Shown here: positions 54,274 to 64,000 of the stretch, piece by piece | How positions within the stretch are numbered: position 1 is the stretch's first letter | Layout: each line of letters opens with the position of its first letter | From: an uncultured Rivularia sp. | Lineage (GTDB): Bacteria; Cyanobacteriota; Cyanobacteriia; Cyanobacteriales; Nostocaceae | Direction of reading: 5' to 3' | DNA length: 64,000 nt | NCBI GenBank assembly: GCA_963665115.1 | Contig: OY762007.1 | Span: 4,064,001-4,128,000, forward strand | Notes under the pieces: generated by a model | The model's database searches: none | What the model was told of the DNA's origin: nothing | Seen by the model: only the letters and a program-made list of their open reading frames with translations | Made by a program: the position numbers and the translations under genes

Positions 54274-54819
54274 CTACTGTCTACTTGTTGCAATTAACCG
54301 CTGTCTAACTAAAAACTCAAGCTGATACAAGTAAGCTACAACAATAATTTGTAAAATTGTAAAGCGAGCAGAAGGTAGAGAAAAATCGTATGTGGATAAG
54401 TTTTGAACCCAAATAGATAATAAACTGAACAAGTTACAAGAATATGACCTAAAGATTCCTAAGAAAAACAACACGAAAACTGAAGATAATACATAACTTG
54501 TCCAACCAAAAACTGCTTCCCACCAGCTAAAAATACTGGGAAACCATCCTGCGTGTAATTCATCTTCGGGAAATCTACTGTCTGGGAAAAACACATCTAG
54601 AAAGGTATGTAACCAATGGTGCAAAAATGCGATTGATACTATCGGAAATGCAAATAATGAAAACAAGAATGCTCCTATTAACCAAGGTGCTGAATCCATC
54701 AACATTCTGATAATATCTAAGGCATAATCCATTAAGTAGCCTATGCCAATCATGAGTAAAATTAGAGCTACGCCATTAAACCAGGAACGAACATTTGGAA
54801 GCCAATATGGGAAACGCAT
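54274..54819 (-). CDS. Hypothetical membrane protein
   Basis: Four hydrophobic segments; HHWLH and SWWE motifs. Confidence 0.7.
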   Translation of the reverse strand: MRFPYWLPNVRSWFNGVALILLMIGIGYLMDYALDIIRMLMDSAPWLIGAFLFSLFAFPIVSIAFLHHWLHTFLDVFFPDSRFPEDELHAGWFPSIFSWWEAVFGWTSYVLSSVFVLFFLGIFRSYSCNLFSLLSIWVQNLSTYDFSLPSARFTILQIIVVAYLYQLEFLVRQRLIATSRQ

Positions 54820-54964
54820 ATATTTTGGTGGTATTTAGATAAGTTTTGCATTGATAATTGTCAGGTGATTTACATATGGTAATACATTGAATTATGTATG
54901 ACACCCTTTTAGCTTGATGGTTTATAAATCTTTGATTTTTAATGAGTGATTTTATACTTGACAA

Positions 54965-55750
54965 ATGAAATATCAATTTCTTAATCTACCCGATTGGAAT
55001 CAAATTTCACCAGCACAACGCAAGGAATTAGCGCAGGAATTATCAGAATCTCTACCCGATTTTGAGTTTACAGAAATTAAATTATGCGAATTAGGAGAAA
55101 AAAAGAATTTTGTAGCGTTTTTTGATTGGAAGAATATTGAATTTGCATTAATTCCAGGTGGTGAAGTTACTCTTGGTTATGACAGAGATAATCCTTTTAT
55201 ACCCAATAAAGCACAGCTTGAAAATTGGAAATATACCCGTGAAGAATATGGTTTGGAATTAAATGAATTTATTAATATTTGCTTTACTCCTTTAAGAAAA
55301 GTAACTATCAAACCTTTTTTAATCCAAGTAACAGCAACTGAGTTTAAACAAGATTGTGAACGTAGCGAATTACTGCAACAAATTGCTCAAGATGGATTTC
55401 GTTTTCCAACTTCCGATGAATGGGAATATGCTTGTAGTGCTGCTTCTCGTACTATCTTCCGATGGGGAAATGATTGTCCTTTAGATTGCTATCCGATTGA
55501 TAAATCTGAGTGGGATATTCATCGTCAAAGAAATGCTTTTGGTTTATATATTGCTAGCAATCCTTATAATTATGAATTTTGCGCCGAATCTAATATTATC
55601 AGAGGTGGTGATGGTGGTTGTGCTATTTGTGGAGGTTCTGGATTTTTTGCAGCATGGTTGACTCTTGCTTCAGCTTATATTGCTCCGGAAGATGAGTCAT
55701 ATGAATATTTTTGCAATCATCTTCGTAGAGCTTATTCGCTTCTGGAATAA
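54965..55750 (+). CDS. Formylglycine-generating enzyme (SUMF1)-like domain protein
   Basis: IPGG, RFPTSDEWEYAC, FRWG, NAFGL. Confidence 0.8.
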   Translation: MKYQFLNLPDWNQISPAQRKELAQELSESLPDFEFTEIKLCELGEKKNFVAFFDWKNIEFALIPGGEVTLGYDRDNPFIPNKAQLENWKYTREEYGLELNEFINICFTPLRKVTIKPFLIQVTATEFKQDCERSELLQQIAQDGFRFPTSDEWEYACSAASRTIFRWGNDCPLDCYPIDKSEWDIHRQRNAFGLYIASNPYNYEFCAESNIIRGGDGGCAICGGSGFFAAWLTLASAYIAPEDESYEYFCNHLRRAYSLLE

Positions 55751-55833
55751 ATTGGAAATAGTCTTCCGGTGCGTTAGGCTAAAGCCATAACACACTCTAA
55801 GAATACTAACTATCAAATAAATATTTGTAAACC

Positions 55834-56181
55834 ATGACCCAAACTACAACAAAAACTGTATATTCATTTGAAGAATATCTTACCTACGATGATGGTACGG
55901 ATAACCGTTACGAACTTATTGATGGAAAGCTTGAAACGAAAATAATCCCAAGTTTTAAACATATTTTAATTACTGATTTTATCGAACAAAATTTTAAAGC
56001 ACAAATCAAAAATCAAAAGCTACCTTGGATGTGTTTTCGAGAAGCAGGAATTAGAACTGGATATCGAAAATCGCGGTTATCTGATGTTTATGTTGTGACA
56101 TCGGAACAGGTAATGGAATTCTTGGATGAATCTGCGGTTTGTCAATCTCCACCTTTATTAGTGGACGAGAGAGAAAACTAA
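55834..56181 (+). pseudogene. Uma2 family endonuclease, C-terminally truncated
   Basis: SFEEYL..RYELIDG..H; stops at PPLLVDEREN where LVVEVVS and the C-terminal half are expected. Confidence 0.75.
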
Positions 56182-56312
56182 TAAAAGGTTGAAAATAAGA
56201 CCTAAATAAGTTTGATGTTTTGGGTTTATGATTATTTTACTTGTATAAAAAAACAGGAATCAAAGTCAGTAACATTACTACCGACATGATGATTAAGAAG
56301 ACAAAAATAAAA

Positions 56313-58559
56313 CTAGAATTTCGCTTTAACTTGTATACCATACATCGCGGGGTTGCCAAATTCTGCGGTTCCATCTGGTACGGGGAATATATATCCCGAA
56401 GTCAGGTAACGAGTATCAAACAAGTTATTTGCATATAGATAAATACCGTATTTTTCAGCTTCATAGCCAATGCGAGCATTTACGAGAGCGTATGGTTCTT
56501 GCTTGATTGTATTATCATCATCAAAGTAAGTAAGACCATAACCGCGCAATTCTGCACGTGCGTATAAACCTCCCTGAGTACGATATTGAGCCGCTAAATT
56601 ATAGGTGAATTGCGGTATTAAAGGAACTTGATTGTCGCTCAAATCTATACCAGTTTCAGTATTTATATAGTTTTCGTATTTACTGTTCGCATAACCAATT
56701 GATGCAATTAAATCAAGCCCTGGTGTTGGTTTTGCTTTCAGTTGAAATTGCACTCCAGTAGCTTTTAAACCAATATTGTTGATATCACCTAATATTCCAT
56801 TTTCGTCAAACTGTAATACTTGATAGTCATGTATATCTTTATGAAAGAAAGACAACCCAGCAATCAAATAACCATCCAGCCAAACTGATTGCAACCCTGC
56901 CACGTAACTCCAGGTTTTTTCTTCTGCAAATTGTAGGGTATCTTCAATATCGGCACCATAATTTAATCCACTCGGTCTATAACCTTTGGCAATATTAGCG
57001 TATCCTATTAAATTAGGACTGAATTGATATTTCAAACCGAAGCTGGGAATCAATTCACTATCGCTGACTTTTACATCTTTAATTGTCGGACGAATTGGAC
57101 TTAAACTACCGTCAGGATTTATTAAATCGTAACTACTATCTAAAGATGCATCGCTAGATTCGTAACGCAAACCGGCAGACAGGGTTAATGGATTGATGGG
57201 TTTATAATCTAACTGTCCAAATAGCGCATAGGTTTGGCGAAAATCGTCTCCGAAGCGTCGAACTTTTGGAAATCCCGGAAGGTTAATTTGAACATCATCA
57301 ACGATATAATCTTTGTGTTCGTAGTAAGCACCTAATAACCATTGAAATTTCTTAGCAGTTTCCGGAGATTGGAAACGTAATTCCTGCGTCCATAATTTCA
57401 ATTGAAAATCATCAATAGTCTGTGTCGCTCCCGTACTTCCGGGAAACAGAAATTCTTGCTGGCTAAAACGACGTGCTGTAATTGATGTTGCTCGAAAACC
57501 TTTACCCTGATAACCAACTTTCAAAGCCTGAGTATTTGTATTGTATCTATTATAGCCTTCTGTATCTAGATCAACCTCGAATGGTTCGGAAGAATTGAGT
57601 TTGTTGAAAGGGGGATTACCATCGTCTATAAAGGTGTTGTAGCTATTAAAAGATATTTGCCAATCGGGTGTAGGTGTCCATAAAAGTTGTCCTCGGGCTG
57701 CAAATTTTCCCTTTTCACCTATTTTTTCGTCTGTAGCAATGTTTTCAATAAATCCGTCTCTACCTTGGTAAACTCCAGCAATTCGCAAGGCTAGTTTATC
57801 TTTAACCAAAGCATCATTGAGAGAAAATTGCAGTTCGCGACTGTTATACTTACCATAACTTGTGCCAAGTATGACTTCTGGTTCCGAACTTGCTTGCCGA
57901 GGAATAGCGTTAACCACACCAGAAGAACTATTTTTACCAACTAGAGTACTTTGAGGGATTCCCAGTACTTCTATTCTGTCCAATTCAGTAGAAGAAAGAA
58001 CTAGGAAGTTATTGTAGTCAACTGGAATATCATCGATATAAAAGGCTACTCTGTCTTGAGGGAACAGAAATTTGGGGTCATTCAATCCCTGCATAATAAT
58101 ATAATTACTTAACTCATTCCCACGCTCATACTTTGGTGAATAGTTATACTTAGCGATTTTTTTGGCGATATCTTCTAAATAGTTGATTAGAATCTCTTTG
58201 ATTTCCCTATCTGAAATCACGCTTGAATTTAAGGGTAGATCCTGCAATGGAGGTAGTTTTTGTGCCGTAACAGTAGGTTCGATGTCTACTTCGGGGATGA
58301 AATCTAAGTTAAAGAAATTGCGATGGCTGTTTGCAAACAGTTCTGTTAGTGCTACTTCTAAATCAATTATCTGTGCTTGGACTTTGTTATCATCTAATTG
58401 AGAAGCATTGAAATCTAACTTCCTAGTTTTTTCAGACACCAAAGCTTCTTGTTTATCGAGATTAATCTTTTTGTTTGCGAGATTTTCTTGAGCAAAACCA
58501 GGTTGATTTAGTACGAAACAAAATACACCTAAAATAGCTGTGTAAAAAAGCTGTTTCAT
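56313..58559 (-). CDS. TonB-dependent receptor (siderophore type)
   Basis: Signal peptide, VTAQK, YIDDIP, DRIEVL..PQSTL.G plug, NNLFD, C-terminal Phe. Confidence 0.9.
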   Translation of the reverse strand: MKQLFYTAILGVFCFVLNQPGFAQENLANKKINLDKQEALVSEKTRKLDFNASQLDDNKVQAQIIDLEVALTELFANSHRNFFNLDFIPEVDIEPTVTAQKLPPLQDLPLNSSVISDREIKEILINYLEDIAKKIAKYNYSPKYERGNELSNYIIMQGLNDPKFLFPQDRVAFYIDDIPVDYNNFLVLSSTELDRIEVLGIPQSTLVGKNSSSGVVNAIPRQASSEPEVILGTSYGKYNSRELQFSLNDALVKDKLALRIAGVYQGRDGFIENIATDEKIGEKGKFAARGQLLWTPTPDWQISFNSYNTFIDDGNPPFNKLNSSEPFEVDLDTEGYNRYNTNTQALKVGYQGKGFRATSITARRFSQQEFLFPGSTGATQTIDDFQLKLWTQELRFQSPETAKKFQWLLGAYYEHKDYIVDDVQINLPGFPKVRRFGDDFRQTYALFGQLDYKPINPLTLSAGLRYESSDASLDSSYDLINPDGSLSPIRPTIKDVKVSDSELIPSFGLKYQFSPNLIGYANIAKGYRPSGLNYGADIEDTLQFAEEKTWSYVAGLQSVWLDGYLIAGLSFFHKDIHDYQVLQFDENGILGDINNIGLKATGVQFQLKAKPTPGLDLIASIGYANSKYENYINTETGIDLSDNQVPLIPQFTYNLAAQYRTQGGLYARAELRGYGLTYFDDDNTIKQEPYALVNARIGYEAEKYGIYLYANNLFDTRYLTSGYIFPVPDGTAEFGNPAMYGIQVKAKF

Positions 58560-58950
58560 ATTCTAATGACCCATTTTTATAACTAAAGAAACTATAGTCG
58601 CAGGTTGTGCATTTTTTAGTAGCTAATAATATTAATAGGACTTACGATATTGTTGTAATTATTTGTTGGTGCGCGACACTAAAATAGTCATTGCTACCTT
58701 TGAACGAGTAATGAAATTTTTGGATTAATCTGCTGTATGTCAATGTAGTATATGCCCCGCAATTTTTGAAAATTAACCGTCATTGCGAGTGATTGGGAAA
58801 GATCCGCTGTCGCTCGCAATGACATATTTTACAGCATGAGAAAACTTCTAAAATCACAGCAATTACAGTTGTGTTTAAACACTGATAGAGACGTTGCAGT
58901 GCAACGTCTCTACATTGGTTATTTATTTGTAAACAAATTTTAGATTAAAT

Positions 58951-59487
58951 TTAGCCTAAATGATTTTCTAGCATCTGAGCAATAACTTCAGGCTGAATCT
59001 TTCGATATTCTTTTTTACCTAATTTCAATACGCAGTTGGAAGAACTACAACATTTTAAACAGCCAGTATGCTCGATCGCAACTTTGTCATAAAGACCTTT
59101 CTCGCGCAAAATCTTTTCTAATTCTGGCAATACATTTTGACTGTTTCGTTTACGGCAACCCGATTTTTTACATACTAATATTTTGGGTTTACTTTTGGCT
59201 TCCATGTTGGCTTTAGGACAAGTTTCTATTGGTTTTATGCCATAGACTTTTAATTTAGTTTTTCCTGTACGTAAATTTAACTTGTTAACTCCAAAAACGT
59301 TTATTTGTTTTCCAGGGTTTAAAAATGAAGCCGCTGATTCTCGTAAAAGTTTCGGAATTTTGAGCTTAATTTCTCCATTCTCAGTTATCAATTTTAAATA
59401 TTTAGGCTTTTTAAGATTATCTCCATCAAAACCAATCAATTCACCTTTCAAGTTAAATTCGGATAAAGTCCGGTAATTATCAACCAT
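58951..59487 (-). CDS. Thioredoxin-like (2Fe-2S) ferredoxin domain protein, nif-associated
   Basis: ILVCKKSGC...TGCLKCC. Confidence 0.75.
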   Translation of the reverse strand: MVDNYRTLSEFNLKGELIGFDGDNLKKPKYLKLITENGEIKLKIPKLLRESAASFLNPGKQINVFGVNKLNLRTGKTKLKVYGIKPIETCPKANMEAKSKPKILVCKKSGCRKRNSQNVLPELEKILREKGLYDKVAIEHTGCLKCCSSSNCVLKLGKKEYRKIQPEVIAQMLENHLG

Positions 59488-59668
59488 TTCGATTTTAGAT
59501 TATGCATTATGTATTTTAATTAGTTAGGATTTACAGCATGAGAGTAGATTTTAGAATTAAATCAAAAATCTATAGAAAAAATCAGGAGTATAGGAATTAG
59601 GAGTTAATATTACAAACTCAGATTCCCTAATCTCCTTATCTTGCAAATTAGTTCTCAAAAAAAGCTTA

Positions 59669-59869
59669 TTAGAGTTTTTTTGCTTCAACAGTTTTAGGTA
59701 AATCTTGCATTTCTGGCATATCCGAGAATTCTAATTCCCAACCGTTTGCTAAAGTTAAAACTTTACCAGATTCGCCATCAGCTTGTTTGACAACTTCTTC
59801 TTCTAAGTCTTTTTTCGGAACATATACTACTAAAATTCCAGCACCGTTTTTACGTAGCATTACTTTCAT
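59669..59869 (-). CDS. nifT: Nitrogen fixation protein NifT/FixU
   Basis: MKVMLR...YVPKKDLEEEVV..LANGW...LPKTVEA. Confidence 0.93.
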   Translation of the reverse strand: MKVMLRKNGAGILVVYVPKKDLEEEVVKQADGESGKVLTLANGWELEFSDMPEMQDLPKTVEAKKL

Positions 59870-60143
59870 TTTGATCCCCTCTTTCTATAAGTTCTAATTC
59901 TTCTTTTCGACAACCGATGACAATATCTTTGTCCATGAAGCGGATTGCATAAACATAGGCTCTTTGTAAATAATCACCTATCTCTACGACATAACCAACT
60001 TCTCCGACATCGAGCAAAACTTCTCCTAATTTTTTACCAGGATAAGTACCGTCGTTTTTAATTAGACTGGTAATTCTGACTTTATCGCCAAGCTCGTAAA
60101 TCGGTGGTAAGTCAAGTTCTAATTCTTCTTCATCTGATGGCAT
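59850..60143 (-). CDS. nifZ: Nitrogen fixation protein NifZ
   Basis: KNDGTYPG...G.VGYV..IG.YLQ...IGC..EL. Confidence 0.93.
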   Translation of the reverse strand: MPSDEEELELDLPPIYELGDKVRITSLIKNDGTYPGKKLGEVLLDVGEVGYVVEIGDYLQRAYVYAIRFMDKDIVIGCRKEELELIERGDQNESNAT

Positions 60144-61269
60144 GGGAATATCTACCGCTTTGTACTAAATCTAATACCTCTTGAGTAGTAAGGCTGCGTT
60201 TTTTCTGTACTGACTCTTGACGTACTGCATCTAAAACAGATTTGGTTTCCTCTGAGTTAAGCTTGATTCCATGCTCACCTAAAACTTGAGTTACCGCGTG
60301 TCTGCCAGAATGTTTACCTACTACTACACGTCTTTCCCAACCAACCTCTTCGGGGCTGAATGGCTCGTAAGTCATTGGGTTTTGCAATACGCTATGAGCA
60401 TGAATGCCAGATTCGTGTGCAAAAGTATTTTCACCGACGATTGCTTTCCAAGGTGGTACGTTACTACAAGATGCAGTTGCTACCAATCGGGATAAATCGA
60501 GCAATTTTCGAGTATCGATACCTACATCTAAGCCATAAATACGCTTCAAAGCCATGACGACTTCTTCTAAAGCTGCATTTCCAGCCCTTTCTCCCAAGCC
60601 ATTTACTGTTGTATTCGCTGTTAAACACCCTGCTTCAATACCTGCAAGAGCGTTAGCTGTCGCCAAACCAAAATCATTGTGAGTGTGAATTTCCGCAGGA
60701 ATCGACAGTGATTCTACCAGCTTTTTAACTCGATGATAGGTAGCGAAAGGATCGAGAATTCCTACTGTATCGCAGAAGCGGAACCTAGAAGCACCTAACT
60801 CCTGAGCAAATAAAGCTACATCCAAAAGGAAACTTTGATCCGCCCTTGAAGCATCTTCTCCACCGACTGAAACCCAAAGTCCATTATCTAAGGCGAAGTT
60901 AACGCTGTCTCTAAGCTGTTGTAGAGTAATGCGCCATTGCCCTTGAAACTTAGTGCTAATTTGAACCCCAGAAACCGGAATGCAAATATGTACGCGCTTT
61001 AATCCACAAGCGATAGAAGCCTGTATATCTGAGATTACAGCACGATTCCAAGCTAGAAGTTTTGCTCGCAAATTCAACTCACCAATTGCTCTAATAGCCC
61101 GCGTTTCTTCTTCACCCATCGCTGGAATACCGACTTCTATTTCATGTACTCCAACAGCATCAAGAAACTTTGCGATCGCAACTTTTTCTTGTAAGTTGAA
61201 AGCAACACCCGCAGCTTGTTCGCCATCGCGCAGTGTTGTGTCATTAATTAAGACAGCTGGTTGATTCAT
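60130..61269 (-). CDS. nifV: Homocitrate synthase
   Basis: DTTLRDGEQ, HTHNDFGLATAN, GERAGNA, HESGIH, GKHSG; upstream of nifZT. Confidence 0.95.
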   Translation of the reverse strand: MNQPAVLINDTTLRDGEQAAGVAFNLQEKVAIAKFLDAVGVHEIEVGIPAMGEEETRAIRAIGELNLRAKLLAWNRAVISDIQASIACGLKRVHICIPVSGVQISTKFQGQWRITLQQLRDSVNFALDNGLWVSVGGEDASRADQSFLLDVALFAQELGASRFRFCDTVGILDPFATYHRVKKLVESLSIPAEIHTHNDFGLATANALAGIEAGCLTANTTVNGLGERAGNAALEEVVMALKRIYGLDVGIDTRKLLDLSRLVATASCSNVPPWKAIVGENTFAHESGIHAHSVLQNPMTYEPFSPEEVGWERRVVVGKHSGRHAVTQVLGEHGIKLNSEETKSVLDAVRQESVQKKRSLTTQEVLDLVQSGRYSHAIR

Positions 61270-61868
61270 CTGTGAAAAATACCTCTATGGGATTTTTTTA
61301 ACTCCCCTGAATGATTGTGGTTTTAACTTAAAATAAATATTAGTAAACGGCAGTGGTAATCAAGGAATCATTTTGATAAATTATGAATTATGAAAAACCA
61401 CGATTGTAATTATTGCAATTTTTCAGCATTCCACATTCATCCTCGATCATTCTTACTCAATAAACTGAGTCTTTCTGTATGAGAAAGAACTAGAATTTGG
61501 TATAAACTAACAATTTTCTTCACCCGGAAGATTTTGATTTTTTTCCAGCAACATCGAGCTACAATAATTTGTAGTTAATGTGGTAAAAATTAATAGACTA
61601 ATTCCAGAAATTAAGGTAATAAACATAATGTTAGGTAATGGGTAATTGGGAATAGGGGATTGGGGAATGGGGAATAGGGGATTGGGGATTGGTAGAAAGA
61701 TGCTGCTACTAAAAATTAGTTAATTAATTAAAATACTTATGTTTTTGAATCAAGTTGCAGTTGAATGTAACTTTTTTTAAAAAAGAGTGAGTAAGTACTT
61801 AAAAGATAAATTATTTTCAATTCTTTTTTAGCTATTTCTGCTTTGGGGTAAATACACTATTAAATATC

Positions 61869-62070
61869 TTAACTTTGGGAATCTAACCAATCAAAAATTT
61901 TTTCTAGCTGCTCTATATCAACTAAACCATACTGCCAAAGCAGCATTGGTAGCGGCCCCTTTATCTAACCTGCTTTTTCGCACAGCCACAGCAATATCAC
62001 AATTAGTTAGTAAAAGTTCCTTTTTTAAGAAATTGATAAATTTGGTATCGCTGTGAGGTGTTAGGATCAT
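61869..62070 (-). CDS. DUF2949 family protein (apparent +1 frameshift at GGGGCC)
   Basis: MILTPHSDTKFINFLKKEL...DKG/PLPMLLWQYGLVDIEQLEKIFDWL. Confidence 0.75.
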
Positions 62071-62249
62071 AGAACAACAAACCTCTATAATTAATAAGAA
62101 ACACGGCTTAGTTTAACGGACTATTTTTATCGTAAATGGAAACCTTGTTACCTACCTTTTATATCTCAGGAAACCCTCATCGCTAAATTTGGTTTTCCTG
62201 GATTGTTTATATTTTCTGTCACAGTATAAACCAGGTAGGTAAAAAGTAA

Positions 62250-62498
62250 TTAAAAATGCCAACATCTTTCCAGCCAATTGATTAATGACTGACGTGATGC
62301 TGTTAATTGAATCACGGTAGAATGAAGCAGAATTGCCGCAATCCAATTATCTATTTGTACTTGCAATGAACCATCCTCTCTACAAGAACAAGGAATATCT
62401 AGCTCTTGTAAGCGATGGTAAATTTGCCAGCGTTGATCGTAGGGAATCTGGACTATTTGATGCAGAACATTAAAACCATGCGGCGGTAACATTATCAA
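62250..62498 (-). CDS. Asr1405/Asl0597-family protein
   Basis: [16 protein letters not shown]...L..WLERCW; nif-cluster context. Confidence 0.8.
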   Translation of the reverse strand: MIMLPPHGFNVLHQIVQIPYDQRWQIYHRLQELDIPCSCREDGSLQVQIDNWIAAILLHSTVIQLTASRQSLINWLERCWHF

Positions 62499-63274
62499 CC
62501 TTCCTTGGTTAAAAGTTCTTTTTCAGGTGCATCAACATTCAGGTTTTGGTTTAAATTTTGCAACCGTGACTCTAGTTGTTCTACCCGTTGCAGCAACGAG
62601 CAAATTACGGTAGCCTCTAAATCTGGAAGCTTTCCATGTTCCAAAGGTGAAAGACTAATATCCTGCCTTCTTGAAATTGGATGACCTGGTATTCCCACAA
62701 CCGTACAGTCTGAAGAAATATCTTGCAAGACAACCGAAGCCGCTCCTACACGAACGCGATCGCCAATTTGAATATTGCCTAAAACCAAAGCACCAGCACC
62801 GACGACAACGTTTTTACCGATAGTCGGATGGCGTTTTCCCAATTCTTTTCCAGTTCCACCGAGAGTAACACCTTGATAAATCAGCGTGTAGTCTCCGACG
62901 ATAGCAGTTTCACCTATGACTACTCCCATACCGTGATCGATAAATACACCTTTGCCAATTTGTGCGCCGGGATGAATTTCAATTCCAGAGAGGAATCGTC
63001 CGAGATGGGAAATCAAGCGGGGAATCAAACCAATTTTGCGATGGTATAACCAATGGGCTAGACGGTGCAAACATAAAGCATGAAATCCGGGATAGCAGAA
63101 TAAAACTTCTAACCAGTTGCGTGCTGCTGGATCTCGCTCAAAAATAATGCGAAAATCATGGCGTAGAAGCTTTATAAAATTTACTTCAGATTGATTTTCG
63201 CCTACAGAGGTGTTTGCACCAGCTGCGTTTTTAGCGAATTGATATTTGCCGAGCTTTTCATCCGATTGTGGCAT
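62495..63274 (-). CDS. nifP: Serine O-acetyltransferase (nif-associated)
   Basis: [32 protein letters not shown] hexapeptide repeats. Confidence 0.92.
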   Translation of the reverse strand: MPQSDEKLGKYQFAKNAAGANTSVGENQSEVNFIKLLRHDFRIIFERDPAARNWLEVLFCYPGFHALCLHRLAHWLYHRKIGLIPRLISHLGRFLSGIEIHPGAQIGKGVFIDHGMGVVIGETAIVGDYTLIYQGVTLGGTGKELGKRHPTIGKNVVVGAGALVLGNIQIGDRVRVGAASVVLQDISSDCTVVGIPGHPISRRQDISLSPLEHGKLPDLEATVICSLLQRVEQLESRLQNLNQNLNVDAPEKELLTKEG

Positions 63275-63384
63275 CGGTAATGTCTAAATTATTTAAGCTA
63301 TGTGCTATTTTCTGCTTATATCAGATGACATTGTTAATGTTAGCTTTCGTAGTCTCGCTTGAATTTATTGAATTTTATTAATTT

Positions 63385-63595
63385 TGTACTCACTAGGCTC
63401 TAACCTTTGCGGTTGTAAGGCTTCAAGATTTATTAAGGGGTATAGGGACTGGTATTTATAGGTAATGGGTTCTAGTATTTATTAGAAGAAGGTACAATTA
63501 TTTTTGTACTCACAGTTAAAGTCTTGAGCAGCAATAGTTTTAAGTATTTTATAGAAAAAATATTTAATTAAAAAGCAACGATAAAAATGTACTCA
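63385..63595 (-). promoter_or_regulatory. Three TGAGTACA motifs (CnfR-type nif cis-elements)
   Basis: TGTACTCA on the plus strand at 63385, 63505 and 63588, upstream of nifP. Confidence 0.6.
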
Positions 63596-64000
63596 AAAAT
63601 GAATTATCAAGCGAAATATTGCACGTTTTTGTATATGCAGTTACCGTCTTATTGTATTGCGAAGAATATAAGAGCAAACCACTTATTTATATTTTTTTTA
63701 TATTTTTTTGCCTTTAACAAAAGCGAACTCGTAGGTTGGGTTAAAGACACATTTTGCATCAGTTTCAGAAACCCGGTTTCTTCTTGATTGCACAACGCAA
63801 TATTCATGTTTTCATAAAAAGAAACCGGGTTTATAAAAGCTCGTTAAGAATAGTGCAAGATATCAGGTTAAAAGCACGCAAATGTATGGTGTAGTAAAAA
63901 ATTTATCCGTGTCTTTAACCCAACCTACTAAGTGGCTTTCTAACTATTTCAATTAATATTACGAATCGCAATTTTACCTTTGGCTCTCTCGCTTTCACTA

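Noticed and set aside
58560..58640. Fur box upstream of the TonB-dependent receptor
   Set aside because: The region is AT-rich and I could not distinguish a specific match from background.

Overview
AT-rich chromosomal window of a heterocyst-forming cyanobacterium (Nostocales, Rivularia/Calothrix-like). This is supported by frequent HIP1 GCGATCGC sites, STRR heptamer repeats, psbX/psbV/petE, split-intein dnaE-c and the nifP/nifVZT edge of a nif cluster. The most notable part is a ~10 kb island (about 4.9-15.6 kb) that looks like a translation-stress/RNA-repair regulon. It encodes a ribbon-helix-helix repressor (TrcR-like), an HNH nuclease behind an attenuator-like leader, divergent L7/L12 and EF-Ts copies, a DRB0094/Rnl5-type RNA ligase, a helical+vWA (Ro60-like architecture) protein, an ARPP-like protein, an AAA ATPase and a Nudix hydrolase. 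Four sigma70-type promoter regions in it are each overlapped by the same palindrome (ATACTACA-N1-2-TGTAwTAY). One of these promoters drives two apparently non-coding structured RNAs, one Y-RNA-like, and another precedes a degenerate tRNA-Asn-like element. The window also holds two TnpB elements (one with a dead chimeric tnpA, one IS607-like that truncated a sugar permease), a MITE with an 8-bp target-site duplication, tRNA-Glu, and several G/C-run frameshifts that are probably assembly errors. All calls come from reading the sequence by eye; no searches were run.
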